64,000 nt of DNA from Myxococcota bacterium (GCA_965247115.1 CBDFGR010000002.1:1856001-1920000); one strand, 5' to 3'. Counted from the stretch's first letter, positions 20,639-31,001 are shown. Numbers and translations are program-made. The notes: generated from the sequence alone by a model not told the origin.

Positions 20639-21574
20639 CTAGCGGAACGCCGGAAGGACTTTCTCCGCAAAAAGCCGTGCCGGCTCGCGTGTGTCGCGGC
20701 CGAAGAACTCCATCAAGAGGGTCGTGCAGCCCAGCGCGCGGTGACGCTCGATGCACTCGATCACGCGTTCCGGCGAGCCCCAGATACCGTGCTCCTCGAG
20801 GCCGGCGCCCATGTGTCCGCCGTAGATTTTCTGTGCGCGCTCGAGGGACGATCGGGCCGAGCTCTCGTCGGGCGAGATCACGACCACACACTGCTGCGAG
20901 ACCTCGATGGAGTCGAAGTCGCGGTCGAGCTCGTTGCAGCGCTTGCGCAGCGCCTCGACCTTCTGTCCGAGTACCGGCTGGAACCCGGCCAGGTTGTTCC
21001 AGATGTCGGCGTGGCGTGCTGCAATCCCCATGAGGACGCGCTCTCCTCCTCCACCGATCAGGATCGGCGGGCGCCGCACGGGCTTCGGCTCCGAGACCGC
21101 GTCATGGACCTGGAAGTACTGGCCTTCGAAGGTGACCCGCTCCTCGGTGAACAGCCGCTTCATGACCTCGGCGGTCTCCTCGAGCGCGCGCATGCGCTCT
21201 CGCAGTGGCGGGAAGGGCGAGCCCGTGCCCTCGAACTCCGCCTGGAACCAGCCAGCGCCCAGCCCGACGATGCTCCGGCCCCCTGAAATGTGGTCGATCG
21301 TCGCAACCTGCTTGGCGAGGATCGCCGGATTGCGAAAGAAGGGTGGCGTGACGAGAGTGCCGAGCTCCACGTTCTCGGTGATGGCCGCCACCGCTGCGAG
21401 CTCCGTCCAGGCTTCGAAGATGGGCAGGTGGGGCGCGGGCACGCCGTACATATGGTCGCAGACCCAGACGGAATCGAAGCCGAGCCGATCGAATTCGAGA
21501 GCGGCGTCCCGTGTCTCCTCCCAGGACCGCTTGATCTGTGGCAGCGTGACTCCGAAACGAACGGCTCGACTCAT
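20639..21574 (-). CDS. LLM-class flavin/F420-dependent oxidoreductase
   Basis: 'GFDSVWVCDH', 'LAKQVATIDHISGGR', 'PPILIGGGGE'. Confidence 0.9.
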   Translation of the reverse strand: MSRAVRFGVTLPQIKRSWEETRDAALEFDRLGFDSVWVCDHMYGVPAPHLPIFEAWTELAAVAAITENVELGTLVTPPFFRNPAILAKQVATIDHISGGRSIVGLGAGWFQAEFEGTGSPFPPLRERMRALEETAEVMKRLFTEERVTFEGQYFQVHDAVSEPKPVRRPPILIGGGGERVLMGIAARHADIWNNLAGFQPVLGQKVEALRKRCNELDRDFDSIEVSQQCVVVISPDESSARSSLERAQKIYGGHMGAGLEEHGIWGSPERVIECIERHRALGCTTLLMEFFGRDTREPARLFAEKVLPAFR

Positions 21575-21677
21575 CGTGGCTCCTCCCTCACTCGCGCCAG
21601 CATACCAACTCCGAGGGCGCCCCCGTACGTGTTGAAGTAGGCTAGGACCGACCGCGTGGTGGCGGTGAGAGGTCCGT

Positions 21678-24600
21678 GTGGCGGGGGTGATACTGAGATC
21701 GGCTCGGGGGGAGCTCCGAACCGCCCGAGCTAGGGAGTGGCTCTCCGCGCATCTTCCAGCCGCCGAGGTTCTGGTCGTCGCGGCGACCCCTGACGCCGCT
21801 AGCGACCTGTTGCGCACGGCGGCTCTGAGCCAGGGCGCGTCCTTTGGCTGGCATCGGGCCACCCTTGGACGCCTGGCCGCAGAGCTCGCTACGCACGCTC
21901 TCGTCGAGGACGAGCTCGCTCCGATCGGGCGGCTCGCGTCGCAGGCCGTCGTGGCCCGCGTCCTGCACGAGCTGGCAGAGAGCGACGGGCTGGGGCGCTT
22001 CGTCGAGACCGCTCACGGCCCGGGGCTGGCGCGCGCGATCTCGGAGACTCTCGGGGAGTTGAGGCTCGCAGGGATCACAGCCGAGTCGCTCGGAACGGTC
22101 ATGCCCGAGCTCCGAGCGATCGCCACCAGCTACGACGTTGCTCTGCAGCGCGCGCAACTCATCGACCGGGCAGGCGTCTTCCAGCTGGCAGCCCGCCTGG
22201 CGGCAGAACCCGAGGTCGCGAGCCCGCTGCTCGGGCTTCCGACCCTGCTCCTCGACGTACCTGTCGAGAGCGCTGCGGAGCGCGCGCTCGTCGAGGCGCT
22301 CGCGGCTCGTTCTCCCTCGCTCCTGGCGACGGTTCCGGCGGGAGACGAGCGCGGCCGTCGGAATCTGGAAGCGGCTCTGGGAACAAGAGCGGAGGATCTG
22401 GAGAACAACTCCGCGACCTCTCTCTCTCGCTTGCAGACCCACCTGTTCGAGGAGTCGGCGCCTGCGCCAGCGGAGCTCGGCGAGGACGTGATCGTGCTCT
22501 CTGCCCCCGGAGAGAGTCGAGAGTGCGTGGAGATCGCCAGGCGGCTGCGTCGCTTTGCCGCAGAGGGAATCCCGTTCGACCGGATGGCGGTTCTGTTGCG
22601 CTCGCCGGAGGAGTACCGCCCACATCTGGAAGAGGCGCTCGCCCGCGCCGAAATTCCGGCTCACTTCGTGCGCGGCGCTGTGCGGCCCGATCCGGCGGGG
22701 CGCGCGCTTCTCGCTCTGCTCGGCTGCGCGGCGGAGCGACTCTCGGCGCGCCGATTTGCAGAGTACCTCTCGTTGGGTCAGGTCCCGTCTGCCGACGAGG
22801 CGGGTGCCCCACCGGCGCCTCGGGCGGACCGCTGGGTCGCGCCAGACGAGGAGCTCGTGTCCGAGATCGTGAGGGAGGGGGTTGCGGAGGGAGTGGCAGC
22901 TTCGGACCCGGGTGGGCTCGTGGACGATCCGGATGAGGCGCCCGTTGCGGCGGGAACGTTGCGTGCGCCGCGGCGCTGGGAGGAGCTTCTCGTCGACGCA
23001 GCCGTCATCGGCGGGAGGGACCGCTGGCAACGCCGCCTGGACGGAGTGGGGCGCGAGCTGAGTCTGGATCTGGAAGCGTTGGAGGAGGACGACCCCCGCC
23101 AAGAGCGCATCACCCGCGACCTGAAGGATCTCGCGAGCCTCCGTGACTACGCGCTTCCGCTGATCGACGAGCTCGACGCGCTGCCGAGGCGCGCGAGCTG
23201 GGGGGAGTGGCTCGACGCGCTCTCGGCTCTTGCCACCCGTTCCCTGCGACGGCCCGAACGGGTTCTCTCCGTTCTGTCCGAGCTTGCGCCCATGGCACCG
23301 GTTGGGCCGGTAGAGCTGCGGGAGGTCCGGCTGGTGCTGCAAAGCCGCCTGCAGCAGGTGCACGAGCCCCCGTCGAAGCGGCGCTATGGCCGAGTCTATG
23401 TCGCACCGACCGACGCGGCGCGCGGGCTCGCGTTCGAGGTCGTGTTTGTGCCGGGGCTTGCCGAGAAGCTGTTCCCGCGCAATATCGTCGAGGATCCGAT
23501 CCTGCTCGACGCGGCGCGGGAGCCCCTTGGCGGTCTCACGACGGACACGGAGCGGCTGGCCGGAGAACGGCTCGCGCTGCGGCTCGCGCTTGGCGCGGCG
23601 TCTCGGGTCGTCGTGCTCTCGTACCCGCGCCTGGACTTGGACCAGGGACGCCCGCGCGTTCCCTCCTTCTACATGCTGGAGGCGCTGCGCGCAGCGGAAG
23701 GGCGACTCCCCGGTTTTGACGAGCTGGCCGCCCGCGCGGAAACGCTGGCGGAAGTGCGTGTGGGATGGCCGGCGCCGGCCCGGCCGGAGGATGCGATCGA
23801 CGAGGCTGAGCACGACTTGGCGCTGCTCGAGAAGCTGCTGAGGGCGAAGCCCGGGGAAGGCATCGGCACGGCGCGCTACCTGCTCGCGGCGAACGAACAC
23901 CTCGGACGGGCGCTGCGTTTTCGCGCGCGCCGCTGGTTGCGACGCTGGACACCGGCTGACGGGCTGCTCGAGCCGACGGACCAGGCTCGTGAGGCCATGC
24001 GCGCGCACCAGCTACACGCGCGCAGCTACTCGCCTACGGCCCTTCAGAACTTCGCATCTTGTCCGTACCGGTTCTTTCTCTCCGCAGTGCTCAGGCTCGC
24101 TCCGCGCAGCATGCCGGAGGCGATCGAGGAGCTGGATCCACTGCAGCGGGGCTCGCTGGTTCACGAGGTGCAGTTCGAGCTGTTCCAGGAGCTGTCCCAG
24201 GAGGGTCTGCTTCCCGTAACACCACAGAACCTCCGCCGCGCGCGCGAGCTCCTCGACGCGGTGCTGGATCGGGTCGCTGCGCGCACGCGCGACGAGCTCG
24301 CGCCCGCGATCGAGCGCGTGTGGGAGGACTCCGTGGGATCGATCCGTGCCGACCTGCGCGAGTGGCTGCTCCGCATGAGCGAGGACGAGTCCGGCTTTGT
24401 GCCGTGGCGCTACGAGCTGGCGTTTGGTCTCCCCGGGCGACGTGCGGCGGATCCTCACTCTGCGCCCGAAGCCGCAGAGCTCGACTGCGGCGTTCGCCTG
24501 CGCGGCTCGATCGATCTGGTCGAGCGGCGCGGGGATGGCCACCTGCGTGCGACGGATCACAAGACGGGCAGGGAGCGCTTCAAGGCGGGAGCCGTCGTCT

Positions 24601-24941
24601 CGGGTGGAGAGGTGCTCCAGCCCGTACTCTACGCGCTGGCTCTCGAGAAGGTGTTTCCCGACGCAGAGGTCGATTCCGGACGCCTGTACTACTGCACGTC
24701 GGCGGGTGGCTTCACGGAGCGCGCGGTTCCCCTCGATGAGAAGGCCCGCCACAGTGCCGGCGAGCTCGCGAAGATCGTCGGCGCTGCCCTCGAGAAGCCG
24801 TTCCTGCCCGCGGCTCCAGCCAGGCGGGCCTGCGAGTGGTGCGACTTTCAGGTGGTCTGTGGTCCGTACGAGGAGCTGCGTACCGGGCGCAAGCCGCCGG
24901 GTGAGCTCGCGGATCTCGAGCAGCTCCGGGGCCTGCCATGA
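21678..24941 (+). CDS. addB: AddB-like subunit (inactive helicase fold + PD-(D/E)XK nuclease with Fe-S cysteines)
   Basis: 'YSPTALQNFASCPYRFF', 'RGSIDLVE..DHKTG', 'CEWCDFQVVC'; ATGA overlap with the addA-like gene. Confidence 0.8.
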   Translation: MAGVILRSARGELRTARAREWLSAHLPAAEVLVVAATPDAASDLLRTAALSQGASFGWHRATLGRLAAELATHALVEDELAPIGRLASQAVVARVLHELAESDGLGRFVETAHGPGLARAISETLGELRLAGITAESLGTVMPELRAIATSYDVALQRAQLIDRAGVFQLAARLAAEPEVASPLLGLPTLLLDVPVESAAERALVEALAARSPSLLATVPAGDERGRRNLEAALGTRAEDLENNSATSLSRLQTHLFEESAPAPAELGEDVIVLSAPGESRECVEIARRLRRFAAEGIPFDRMAVLLRSPEEYRPHLEEALARAEIPAHFVRGAVRPDPAGRALLALLGCAAERLSARRFAEYLSLGQVPSADEAGAPPAPRADRWVAPDEELVSEIVREGVAEGVAASDPGGLVDDPDEAPVAAGTLRAPRRWEELLVDAAVIGGRDRWQRRLDGVGRELSLDLEALEEDDPRQERITRDLKDLASLRDYALPLIDELDALPRRASWGEWLDALSALATRSLRRPERVLSVLSELAPMAPVGPVELREVRLVLQSRLQQVHEPPSKRRYGRVYVAPTDAARGLAFEVVFVPGLAEKLFPRNIVEDPILLDAAREPLGGLTTDTERLAGERLALRLALGAASRVVVLSYPRLDLDQGRPRVPSFYMLEALRAAEGRLPGFDELAARAETLAEVRVGWPAPARPEDAIDEAEHDLALLEKLLRAKPGEGIGTARYLLAANEHLGRALRFRARRWLRRWTPADGLLEPTDQAREAMRAHQLHARSYSPTALQNFASCPYRFFLSAVLRLAPRSMPEAIEELDPLQRGSLVHEVQFELFQELSQEGLLPVTPQNLRRARELLDAVLDRVAARTRDELAPAIERVWEDSVGSIRADLREWLLRMSEDESGFVPWRYELAFGLPGRRAADPHSAPEAAELDCGVRLRGSIDLVERRGDGHLRATDHKTGRERFKAGAVVSGGEVLQPVLYALALEKVFPDAEVDSGRLYYCTSAGGFTERAVPLDEKARHSAGELAKIVGAALEKPFLPAAPARRACEWCDFQVVCGPYEELRTGRKPPGELADLEQLRGLP

Positions 24942-27900
24942 CCCAGAGCGACACCGAGGCGCGTCGCCGGATCCGGGAGGATCTCGACTCCACTCTCTTC
25001 GTCGAAGCTGCGGCCGGAACGGGAAAGACGACCGAGCTCGTCGCCCGCATCGTCTCCCTGCTCGAGAGCGGTCGCGCGACACTCGAGGGGATTGTGGCGG
25101 TCACTTTTACCGAGAAGGCTGCCGGGGAGATGAAGCTGCGGCTGCGGGCGGAGATCGAGCGCGCCAGGGAGCGCGAGGGTGTCTCGCCGTCGGAACGGGC
25201 GTTCCTGGACGGGGCACTCGGCCAGCTCGAGATCGCTCACATCGGGACGATCCACGGCTTCTGTGCCGACCTGCTGCGCGAGCGCCCGGTCGAGGCCGGC
25301 GTGGACCCGCTCTTCGAGGTCGCACCGGAGGACGAGCAACGCGAGCTCCTGGACGGTGCCTTCGACGCGTGGTTCCAACGCACGCTCGCGGATCCCCCGG
25401 AAGGCGTGCGGCGGGTCCTCCGAAGACGGACACGCGGCCCCAATGCGGTAGGGCCCCGAGCCAGCCTGCGGGCCGCAGCGGAGAAGCTGCTCGATCACCG
25501 GGACTTCACGGCCGCGTGGCAACACATGCCCTTCGATCGCAGAGCGGAGATCGACGGCGTCATGGATCGACTCGCGACGCTCGCGCCGCTCGCAGGACAG
25601 GCGAGCAGGCGAGACAGCTATCTCGCGCGGAGCTTTCGCGAGATCAACGGCTTTGTCGACGAGACCGCGCACCGCGAGGCGGTACGTGGCCGCGACTACG
25701 ACGGTCTGGAGGCCGAGCTGCGGCAGTTCCACCGCGCAAGGCACTGGAGGTGGAAGGGCAGCGGGAAGTGGTTCGGGAAGGGGCTCGAGCGCGACGGCGT
25801 GCTCGCAGAGCGAGATGGCGTCAAGACCGATATTGGAGCGCTACTCGCACGCGCGGACGCGGAGCTCGCTGCGTACTTGCGCGAGGAGCTGCGCCCCCTC
25901 GTCGCTACCTACGAGTCGCTGAAGGAGCGCATGGGGAAGCTCGACTTCCTCGATCTGCTCCTGCGCGCGCGCGACCTCGTGCGAAACGACCACGGGGTAC
26001 GCGAGCTGCTCCAGTCGCGCTTTACCCACTTCTTTGTGGACGAGTTCCAGGACACAGATCCGCTTCAGGCGGAGCTCCTCATGCTGCTCGCCGCAGCGGA
26101 TCCGCGGGAAACCGACTGGCGACAGGTGAGACCGGTGTCCGGGAAGCTCTTCCTCGTCGGAGATCCCAAGCAGTCGATCTACCGCTTCCGGCGCGCTGAC
26201 GTCGACGTCTACGAGTCCGTGAAGCAGCAGCTCTCGCTGCATGATGCTGGGGTCCTGCACCTGAACAGGAGCTTCCGGAGTGTCCCCTCACTGCAGTCTG
26301 CCGTGAACGCGTCCTTCGAGCCCGTGATGTCCGGATCCGAAAGCGGGAGCCAGGCCCGCTACGTGCCGCTCGAGCCGTTTCGTCCCGAGACGCAGGAGCA
26401 GCCCAGTGTCGTGGCGCTCCCCGTACCCCGGCCGTACGGCGACTACAGAACCATCGTGCAGTGGAAGATCGAGGAGTCGTTCCCGGATGCGGTCGGGGCC
26501 TTCGTAGACTGGCTGATTCACAAGAGCGGCTGGACGGTGGTGGAGCGCGATCGGCCCGAGCAACGTGTGCCGATCCAGGCGCGTCACGTCTGCCTGCTCT
26601 TTCGGCGCTTTCGCCGCTTTCGCGACGACGTGACGCGCCCGTACGTACGGGCGCTCGAGGTGAGGCGCGTGCCGCACGTGCTCGTGGGTGGGCGCTCGTT
26701 CCACGCCCGCGAAGAGGTGCTCGCGATTCGCAACGCGCTCTGTGCGATCGAGTGGCCGGAGGACGAGCTGCGCGTCTTTGCCACGCTGCGCGGTCCGCTG
26801 TTCGCATTGGGAGACGATGCGCTCCTGGCCTTCCACCATCGCGTAGGGCGGCTGCATCCGCTCCGTCGCCTGGACCGGGACTCCCACGAAGACTCGGACC
26901 GCGCGGTTGGCGAGGCGCTAGAGGTTCTCGGGCGGCTCCACGTCGGCCGCAACCACAGGCCCGTGGCAGAGACGCTCGTGCGCCTGCTCGGAGCGGTGCG
27001 TGCGCACGCCGGGATCGCGATCACGCCGACCGGGGAGCAGGCACTGGCGAACTGCTTGCGAATGGTGGAGCTGGCGCGGCGCTTCGAGCGTGGCGGCGCC
27101 TCGTCCTTCCGGGCCTTTGTAGAACGCATGGAGAGCGATGCCGAGCGCGGTGAATCGCAGGAAGCACCCGCAGTGGAAGAGGGTACCGAGGGTGTGCGCA
27201 TCATGACGGTACACAAGGCCAAAGGCCTCGAATTCCCCGTCGTGGTTCTGGCGGATCCGACATGCAACGCGACGATGGACGTGCCGACGCGTCACATCGA
27301 CGCCGAGAAAGGCCTGTGGGCGGAGCCCTTGTGTGGCTGCGCTCCCCAGGACCTGCTCGACGCGCGGGAGGAAGAGGCGCGGCGGGACCGCGAGGAGGCC
27401 GTGCGTCTCACCTATGTTGCAGCGACGCGAGCCCGTGACTTGCTGGTGTTGCCCGTGATCGGGGATCCGACGAACGCCGACAGCGAGCGCTGGCTCGATG
27501 TCATGAACCCCGCTGTCTTTCCGGAGCCCGAGCAGCGCAGGGCCGCCACTCCTGCGCAAGGCTGCCCGGAGTTTGGCGAGGACAGCGTGTTCGAGCGGCC
27601 GGACAACGTGGAGCGCGGACCAAAGGGCTCGATTGCCCCGGGGTCGCATCAGCCGCAGGCCGGATCGCACCGGGTCGTCTGGTGGGATCCTGCGGTTCTG
27701 GAGCTCGACCAGGAGCAGACCGTAGGGCTGCGTCAGCAACCCATCCTCGAGGCGGACGAGGGCGAGGTCGCTGCGGACGAGGGGGTCCAGGCGCACGAGC
27801 GCTGGCAGACCGCGCGAAAGGAAGCGCTCGAGCGTGGCGCCGAGCCACTGCTGCGCGTCGAAGCCGTGACCTCGCTCGCGGAGCCCACCGAAGACGGCAT

Positions 27901-28384
27901 ACACATCGACGTGTTAGAGGTCGCAGTCGACCGTGGCTCGCGCCCGTCGGGTCGGCGGTTTGGATCTCTCGTACACGCGAGCCTTGCCGTGGTGGATCTG
28001 CAAGCCGATGCCTCTGCCGTTCACCAGACGGTGCGAGCACAGGCCCGGCTCGTCGGAGCGTCGGGCGACGAGTTGGCCGCTGCAGCGACCGCCGTCGGTG
28101 CGGCCCTTGCGCATCCGCTGGTGCGCCGCGCTGCGCTGGCTCACGGGCGCGGTGAGCTTCGCCGCGAGACACCGGTCATGCTGCTGCGCCCCGATGGAAC
28201 TCTCGCCGAGGGGGTGGTGGACCTGGCCTTTCGCGAGGAATCCCGCTGGATCGTGGTCGACTTCAAGACGGACCGGGAGCTCGAGCCGCGTCGGCGCGAG
28301 TACGAGGCGCAGGTCGGGCTCTACGTAGAGGCGGTTGCGCAGGCGACGGGAGAGCCGGCGGAAGGGTGCTTGCTGCTGCTCTGA
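24938..28384 (+). CDS. addA: AddA-like UvrD helicase/nuclease
   Basis: 'AAAGTGKT', 'VDEFQDTD', 'VGDPKQSIYRFR', 'MTVHKAKGLEF', 'YVAATRA', C-terminal 'GVVDL..VDFKTD'. Confidence 0.85.
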   Translation: MTQSDTEARRRIREDLDSTLFVEAAAGTGKTTELVARIVSLLESGRATLEGIVAVTFTEKAAGEMKLRLRAEIERAREREGVSPSERAFLDGALGQLEIAHIGTIHGFCADLLRERPVEAGVDPLFEVAPEDEQRELLDGAFDAWFQRTLADPPEGVRRVLRRRTRGPNAVGPRASLRAAAEKLLDHRDFTAAWQHMPFDRRAEIDGVMDRLATLAPLAGQASRRDSYLARSFREINGFVDETAHREAVRGRDYDGLEAELRQFHRARHWRWKGSGKWFGKGLERDGVLAERDGVKTDIGALLARADAELAAYLREELRPLVATYESLKERMGKLDFLDLLLRARDLVRNDHGVRELLQSRFTHFFVDEFQDTDPLQAELLMLLAAADPRETDWRQVRPVSGKLFLVGDPKQSIYRFRRADVDVYESVKQQLSLHDAGVLHLNRSFRSVPSLQSAVNASFEPVMSGSESGSQARYVPLEPFRPETQEQPSVVALPVPRPYGDYRTIVQWKIEESFPDAVGAFVDWLIHKSGWTVVERDRPEQRVPIQARHVCLLFRRFRRFRDDVTRPYVRALEVRRVPHVLVGGRSFHAREEVLAIRNALCAIEWPEDELRVFATLRGPLFALGDDALLAFHHRVGRLHPLRRLDRDSHEDSDRAVGEALEVLGRLHVGRNHRPVAETLVRLLGAVRAHAGIAITPTGEQALANCLRMVELARRFERGGASSFRAFVERMESDAERGESQEAPAVEEGTEGVRIMTVHKAKGLEFPVVVLADPTCNATMDVPTRHIDAEKGLWAEPLCGCAPQDLLDAREEEARRDREEAVRLTYVAATRARDLLVLPVIGDPTNADSERWLDVMNPAVFPEPEQRRAATPAQGCPEFGEDSVFERPDNVERGPKGSIAPGSHQPQAGSHRVVWWDPAVLELDQEQTVGLRQQPILEADEGEVAADEGVQAHERWQTARKEALERGAEPLLRVEAVTSLAEPTEDGIHIDVLEVAVDRGSRPSGRRFGSLVHASLAVVDLQADASAVHQTVRAQARLVGASGDELAAAATAVGAALAHPLVRRAALAHGRGELRRETPVMLLRPDGTLAEGVVDLAFREESRWIVVDFKTDRELEPRRREYEAQVGLYVEAVAQATGEPAEGCLLLL

Positions 28385-28440
28385 GGGCACCCCGGCCAGC
28401 GGCTGCACGTTGGAGATCGGGGTTCCGGTAGACTGCACGC

Positions 28441-29580
28441 ATGGCGTGGGACCTGATTGTCATCGGTGGCGGAGTGGTCGGCGCGTCGGTCGCGTACTAC
28501 AGCGCGCGGGCGGGCTCGCGGACTCTGCTGGTCGATGCCAGGGACGAGGGCAGGGCGACCGACGCGGGGGCGGGCATCGTGTCCGCTGCCACGAACACCC
28601 GCGACGTAGACGCGTGGCAGGTGCTGGCGCGCGCAGCCGCCGCGGACTACCCGCAGCTGGCAGCCGAGCTGCGCGAGGCACAGGCCAACGATCCCGGTTA
28701 CGAACGCGTGGGAATGCTGATCGTGGCCCTGGACGAGGAAGACGCAAAGCGCTTCGATCGCTACCTCTCCTACGTGCGAGCGCGTGAGGTTCACGACGAC
28801 GAGCTCCAGGAGGTGGATAGTGCCGAGGCGAGGAGGCGCTTCCCCGCGCTTGGACCCGTCGAGCGGGCGCTCTGGGCGCCGGGTGCGGGCCGTGTGGACG
28901 GCCGCCAGATCGAGACCGCGCTGCTTGCTGCCGCAGAGGAACACGGCTTGGAGCGGAGGCATGCGCGGGTCGAGCGACTGCTGACGGAGGGGGGCTCCGT
29001 CAAGGCAGTCGAGGTCGAGGGCGAGCGATGTGCGGCCGCAGCCGTCGCGATCTGCGGTGGTGCGTGGTCGGGGAGCCTGGCAGCTCAGCTCGGTGTCGCG
29101 CTCGCGGTGGTGCCGCAGCGCGGTCAGATCATCCACCTGGAGCTGCCAGGAGCGGACACACGGAGCTGGCCACTACTGGGCGCCCTGCGCGATCACTACA
29201 TGGTTCCCTGGCCGGGCGGACGTGTGGCGGTGGGTGCGACGAGGGAGGACGGCTCGGGCTTCGATCCCCGCACCACCGCCGCCGGCGTGCGTGAGGTGCT
29301 CGACGAGGCCCTGCGCGTGGCCCCAGGCCTGGCGGATGCGAGCATCCACGAGATCCGAGTCGGCCTGCGCCCCTGCACGCCAGACCTGCTCCCCGTGTTG
29401 GGGACGCTACCGGGCTATCGGAATCTCTGGCTCGCCACGGGTCACGGTCCAACGGGACTCACGCTTGGACCGTTCAGCGGAAAGCTCGTGGCTCGCCTCG
29501 CGCGTGGCGAGAGCGTCGAGCTCGACCTGTATCCCTTCCGACCCGATCGCCCGGAGCTCGCGACGACGGCCTCGGGCTGA
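28441..29580 (+). CDS. FAD-dependent oxidoreductase (DAO/glycine oxidase family)
   Basis: 'VIGGGVVG', 'GLRP', 'ATGHGPTGLTLGP'. Confidence 0.9.
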   Translation: MAWDLIVIGGGVVGASVAYYSARAGSRTLLVDARDEGRATDAGAGIVSAATNTRDVDAWQVLARAAAADYPQLAAELREAQANDPGYERVGMLIVALDEEDAKRFDRYLSYVRAREVHDDELQEVDSAEARRRFPALGPVERALWAPGAGRVDGRQIETALLAAAEEHGLERRHARVERLLTEGGSVKAVEVEGERCAAAAVAICGGAWSGSLAAQLGVALAVVPQRGQIIHLELPGADTRSWPLLGALRDHYMVPWPGGRVAVGATREDGSGFDPRTTAAGVREVLDEALRVAPGLADASIHEIRVGLRPCTPDLLPVLGTLPGYRNLWLATGHGPTGLTLGPFSGKLVARLARGESVELDLYPFRPDRPELATTASG

Positions 29581-29582
29581 CC

Positions 29583-30469
29583 GTGCCTCGTCCTTCCTGT
29601 GTCGTTCACGTCTCGGATCTCGTCGCAGAGAAGCGCCCGCGCTTCACGTACGGCAGCAGCGTGCGTTCGGAAGTCCGGGCCGTCGGAAACAGTGCGGGCC
29701 TCACCCGGATGGGCGTTGGGTGCGCAGCGTCGAGCCGGGCTGCGCCGGCACGAACCGTCACTATCACGAGGTCGAGGAGGAGTGGGCCTACGTGCTCTCG
29801 GGGGCGGGGGTCGTCCGGATCGGGCCTCTCCGCATCGACGTCTGTGCGGGGCACTTCGTGGCGTTTCCGCCAGGGCCGAGACCGCACCACTTCGTGGCGG
29901 CCGGGACGGAAGCCATGATTCTGCTCGAGGGTGGCGAGCGGCGGCCGCAGGAGGACACCGGGTGGTACGTAGACGAGCGGCGTGGGTGGCGCCACGGCGA
30001 GCCCGTGGAGATGACCGAGCCGCCTCCTCCCGAAGAAGGCGACTCTGGACAGTGCATCCATCTCGAAGACGTTCCCGAGCGTGACTTCCAGCACGCTGTC
30101 GACCCCCGCTCGCGGCGGGTGATGCGTTCGCTCAGCCGTGCGACGGGGCTGGTGCGTCAGGCCGTGCGTTGGGCGCGGGTCAGGGTAGAAGACCGAAGCA
30201 CGGCGTACCACACGCACGATCGCACCGACGAGTGGGTGTACATCCTGGCCGGGCGTGCAAGCGTACGCGTCGGCGAGGACCAGTTCGAGGCGTCGCCAGG
30301 AGACTTCCTTGGCCATCCTGCGGGCAGCCCGGCTCACGTGATGGAGCCCCTGGAGGAGCTCACCTACCTGGTGGGCGGGCAGATCGATCCGGACGACGTC
30401 GTGACCTATCCCGAGGCAGGGGTGAGGAAGCGACGAGGTCGCATCGAGCCGCTCGACGTGGTGCCATAG
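29583..30469 (+). CDS. Bicupin protein, frameshifted at ~29716 (sequence error or pseudogene)
   Basis: N-terminus '..AGLTRMGV' continues in another frame as 'WVRSVEPG..RHYHEVEEEWAYVLSG'; second cupin 'YHTHDRTDEWVYILAG'. Confidence 0.75.
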
Positions 30470-30483
30470 GCGCGAGGTACTTC

Positions 30484-30528
30484 CGCGGGTCAGAACCCGA
30501 AGTCGCGGGTCAGAACCCGAAGTCGCGG
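30484..30528. repeat. 20-bp tandem duplication covering the stop codon of the histone-fold gene
   Basis: CGCGGGTCAGAACCCGAAGT x2 followed by CGCGG. Confidence 0.9.
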
Positions 30529-31001
30529 TCGAGGACCGTCTTGCGTTCTGCGCGGCGCGCGTTCTGGATCGCTCGATCCGCGAGCTTGCGCACCTCATCG
30601 GACAGGATCTCCATGACCCGGTCCGACGTACTCATGCCCGAGCGCGCTTTGACGTACGTCTTGAGCTTCGAAGCAACGATGAGCACGTCGCGCGGCAGGC
30701 CCTCGACCTCCAGTCCGGCTGCTGCCGCAGCAGGGGACGAGGCGATGATGCGTCGTGGGCGCTTCGCCTTGGCAGCGGGCGGGCGCTCAGGAACCGCCTC
30801 ACCCTCCGCCGGAGCTCGCTTCTCGATCGCCCAGGACTCGCGGTGGTTCACGAGTCCGAGATGCGCGTCCCAGCAATCGGTTCTGCAGAACGCGAGTGCC
30901 GTGCGCTTGCGGTTGCAGGTCGACACGTTGCAGACCCAGTAAACCTCCCCGTACGCAATCGGGCGCTTGCAGCTGCTGCAACGCCGCCAGATGTTCGGCA
31001 T
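30510..31001 (-). CDS. ZZ-type zinc finger fused to a bacterial histone fold
   Basis: C8/C11/C24/C29/C39/C43/H47/H53; C-terminus 'VLIVASKLKTYVK..MSTS..A..NARRAERKTVLDRDF' with the RKTV..D histone motif. Confidence 0.85.
   Translation of the reverse strand: MPNIWRRCSSCKRPIAYGEVYWVCNVSTCNRKRTALAFCRTDCWDAHLGLVNHRESWAIEKRAPAEGEAVPERPPAAKAKRPRRIIASSPAAAAAGLEVEGLPRDVLIVASKLKTYVKARSGMSTSDRVMEILSDEVRKLADRAIQNARRAERKTVLDRDFGF

Noticed and set aside
21642..24008. 788-aa antisense ORF
   Set aside because: Shadow of the addB-like gene; no recognisable motifs
24000..24941. Cas4-like nuclease suggesting a CRISPR or defence locus
   Set aside because: It is the C-terminal Fe-S nuclease domain of AddB, coupled to AddA
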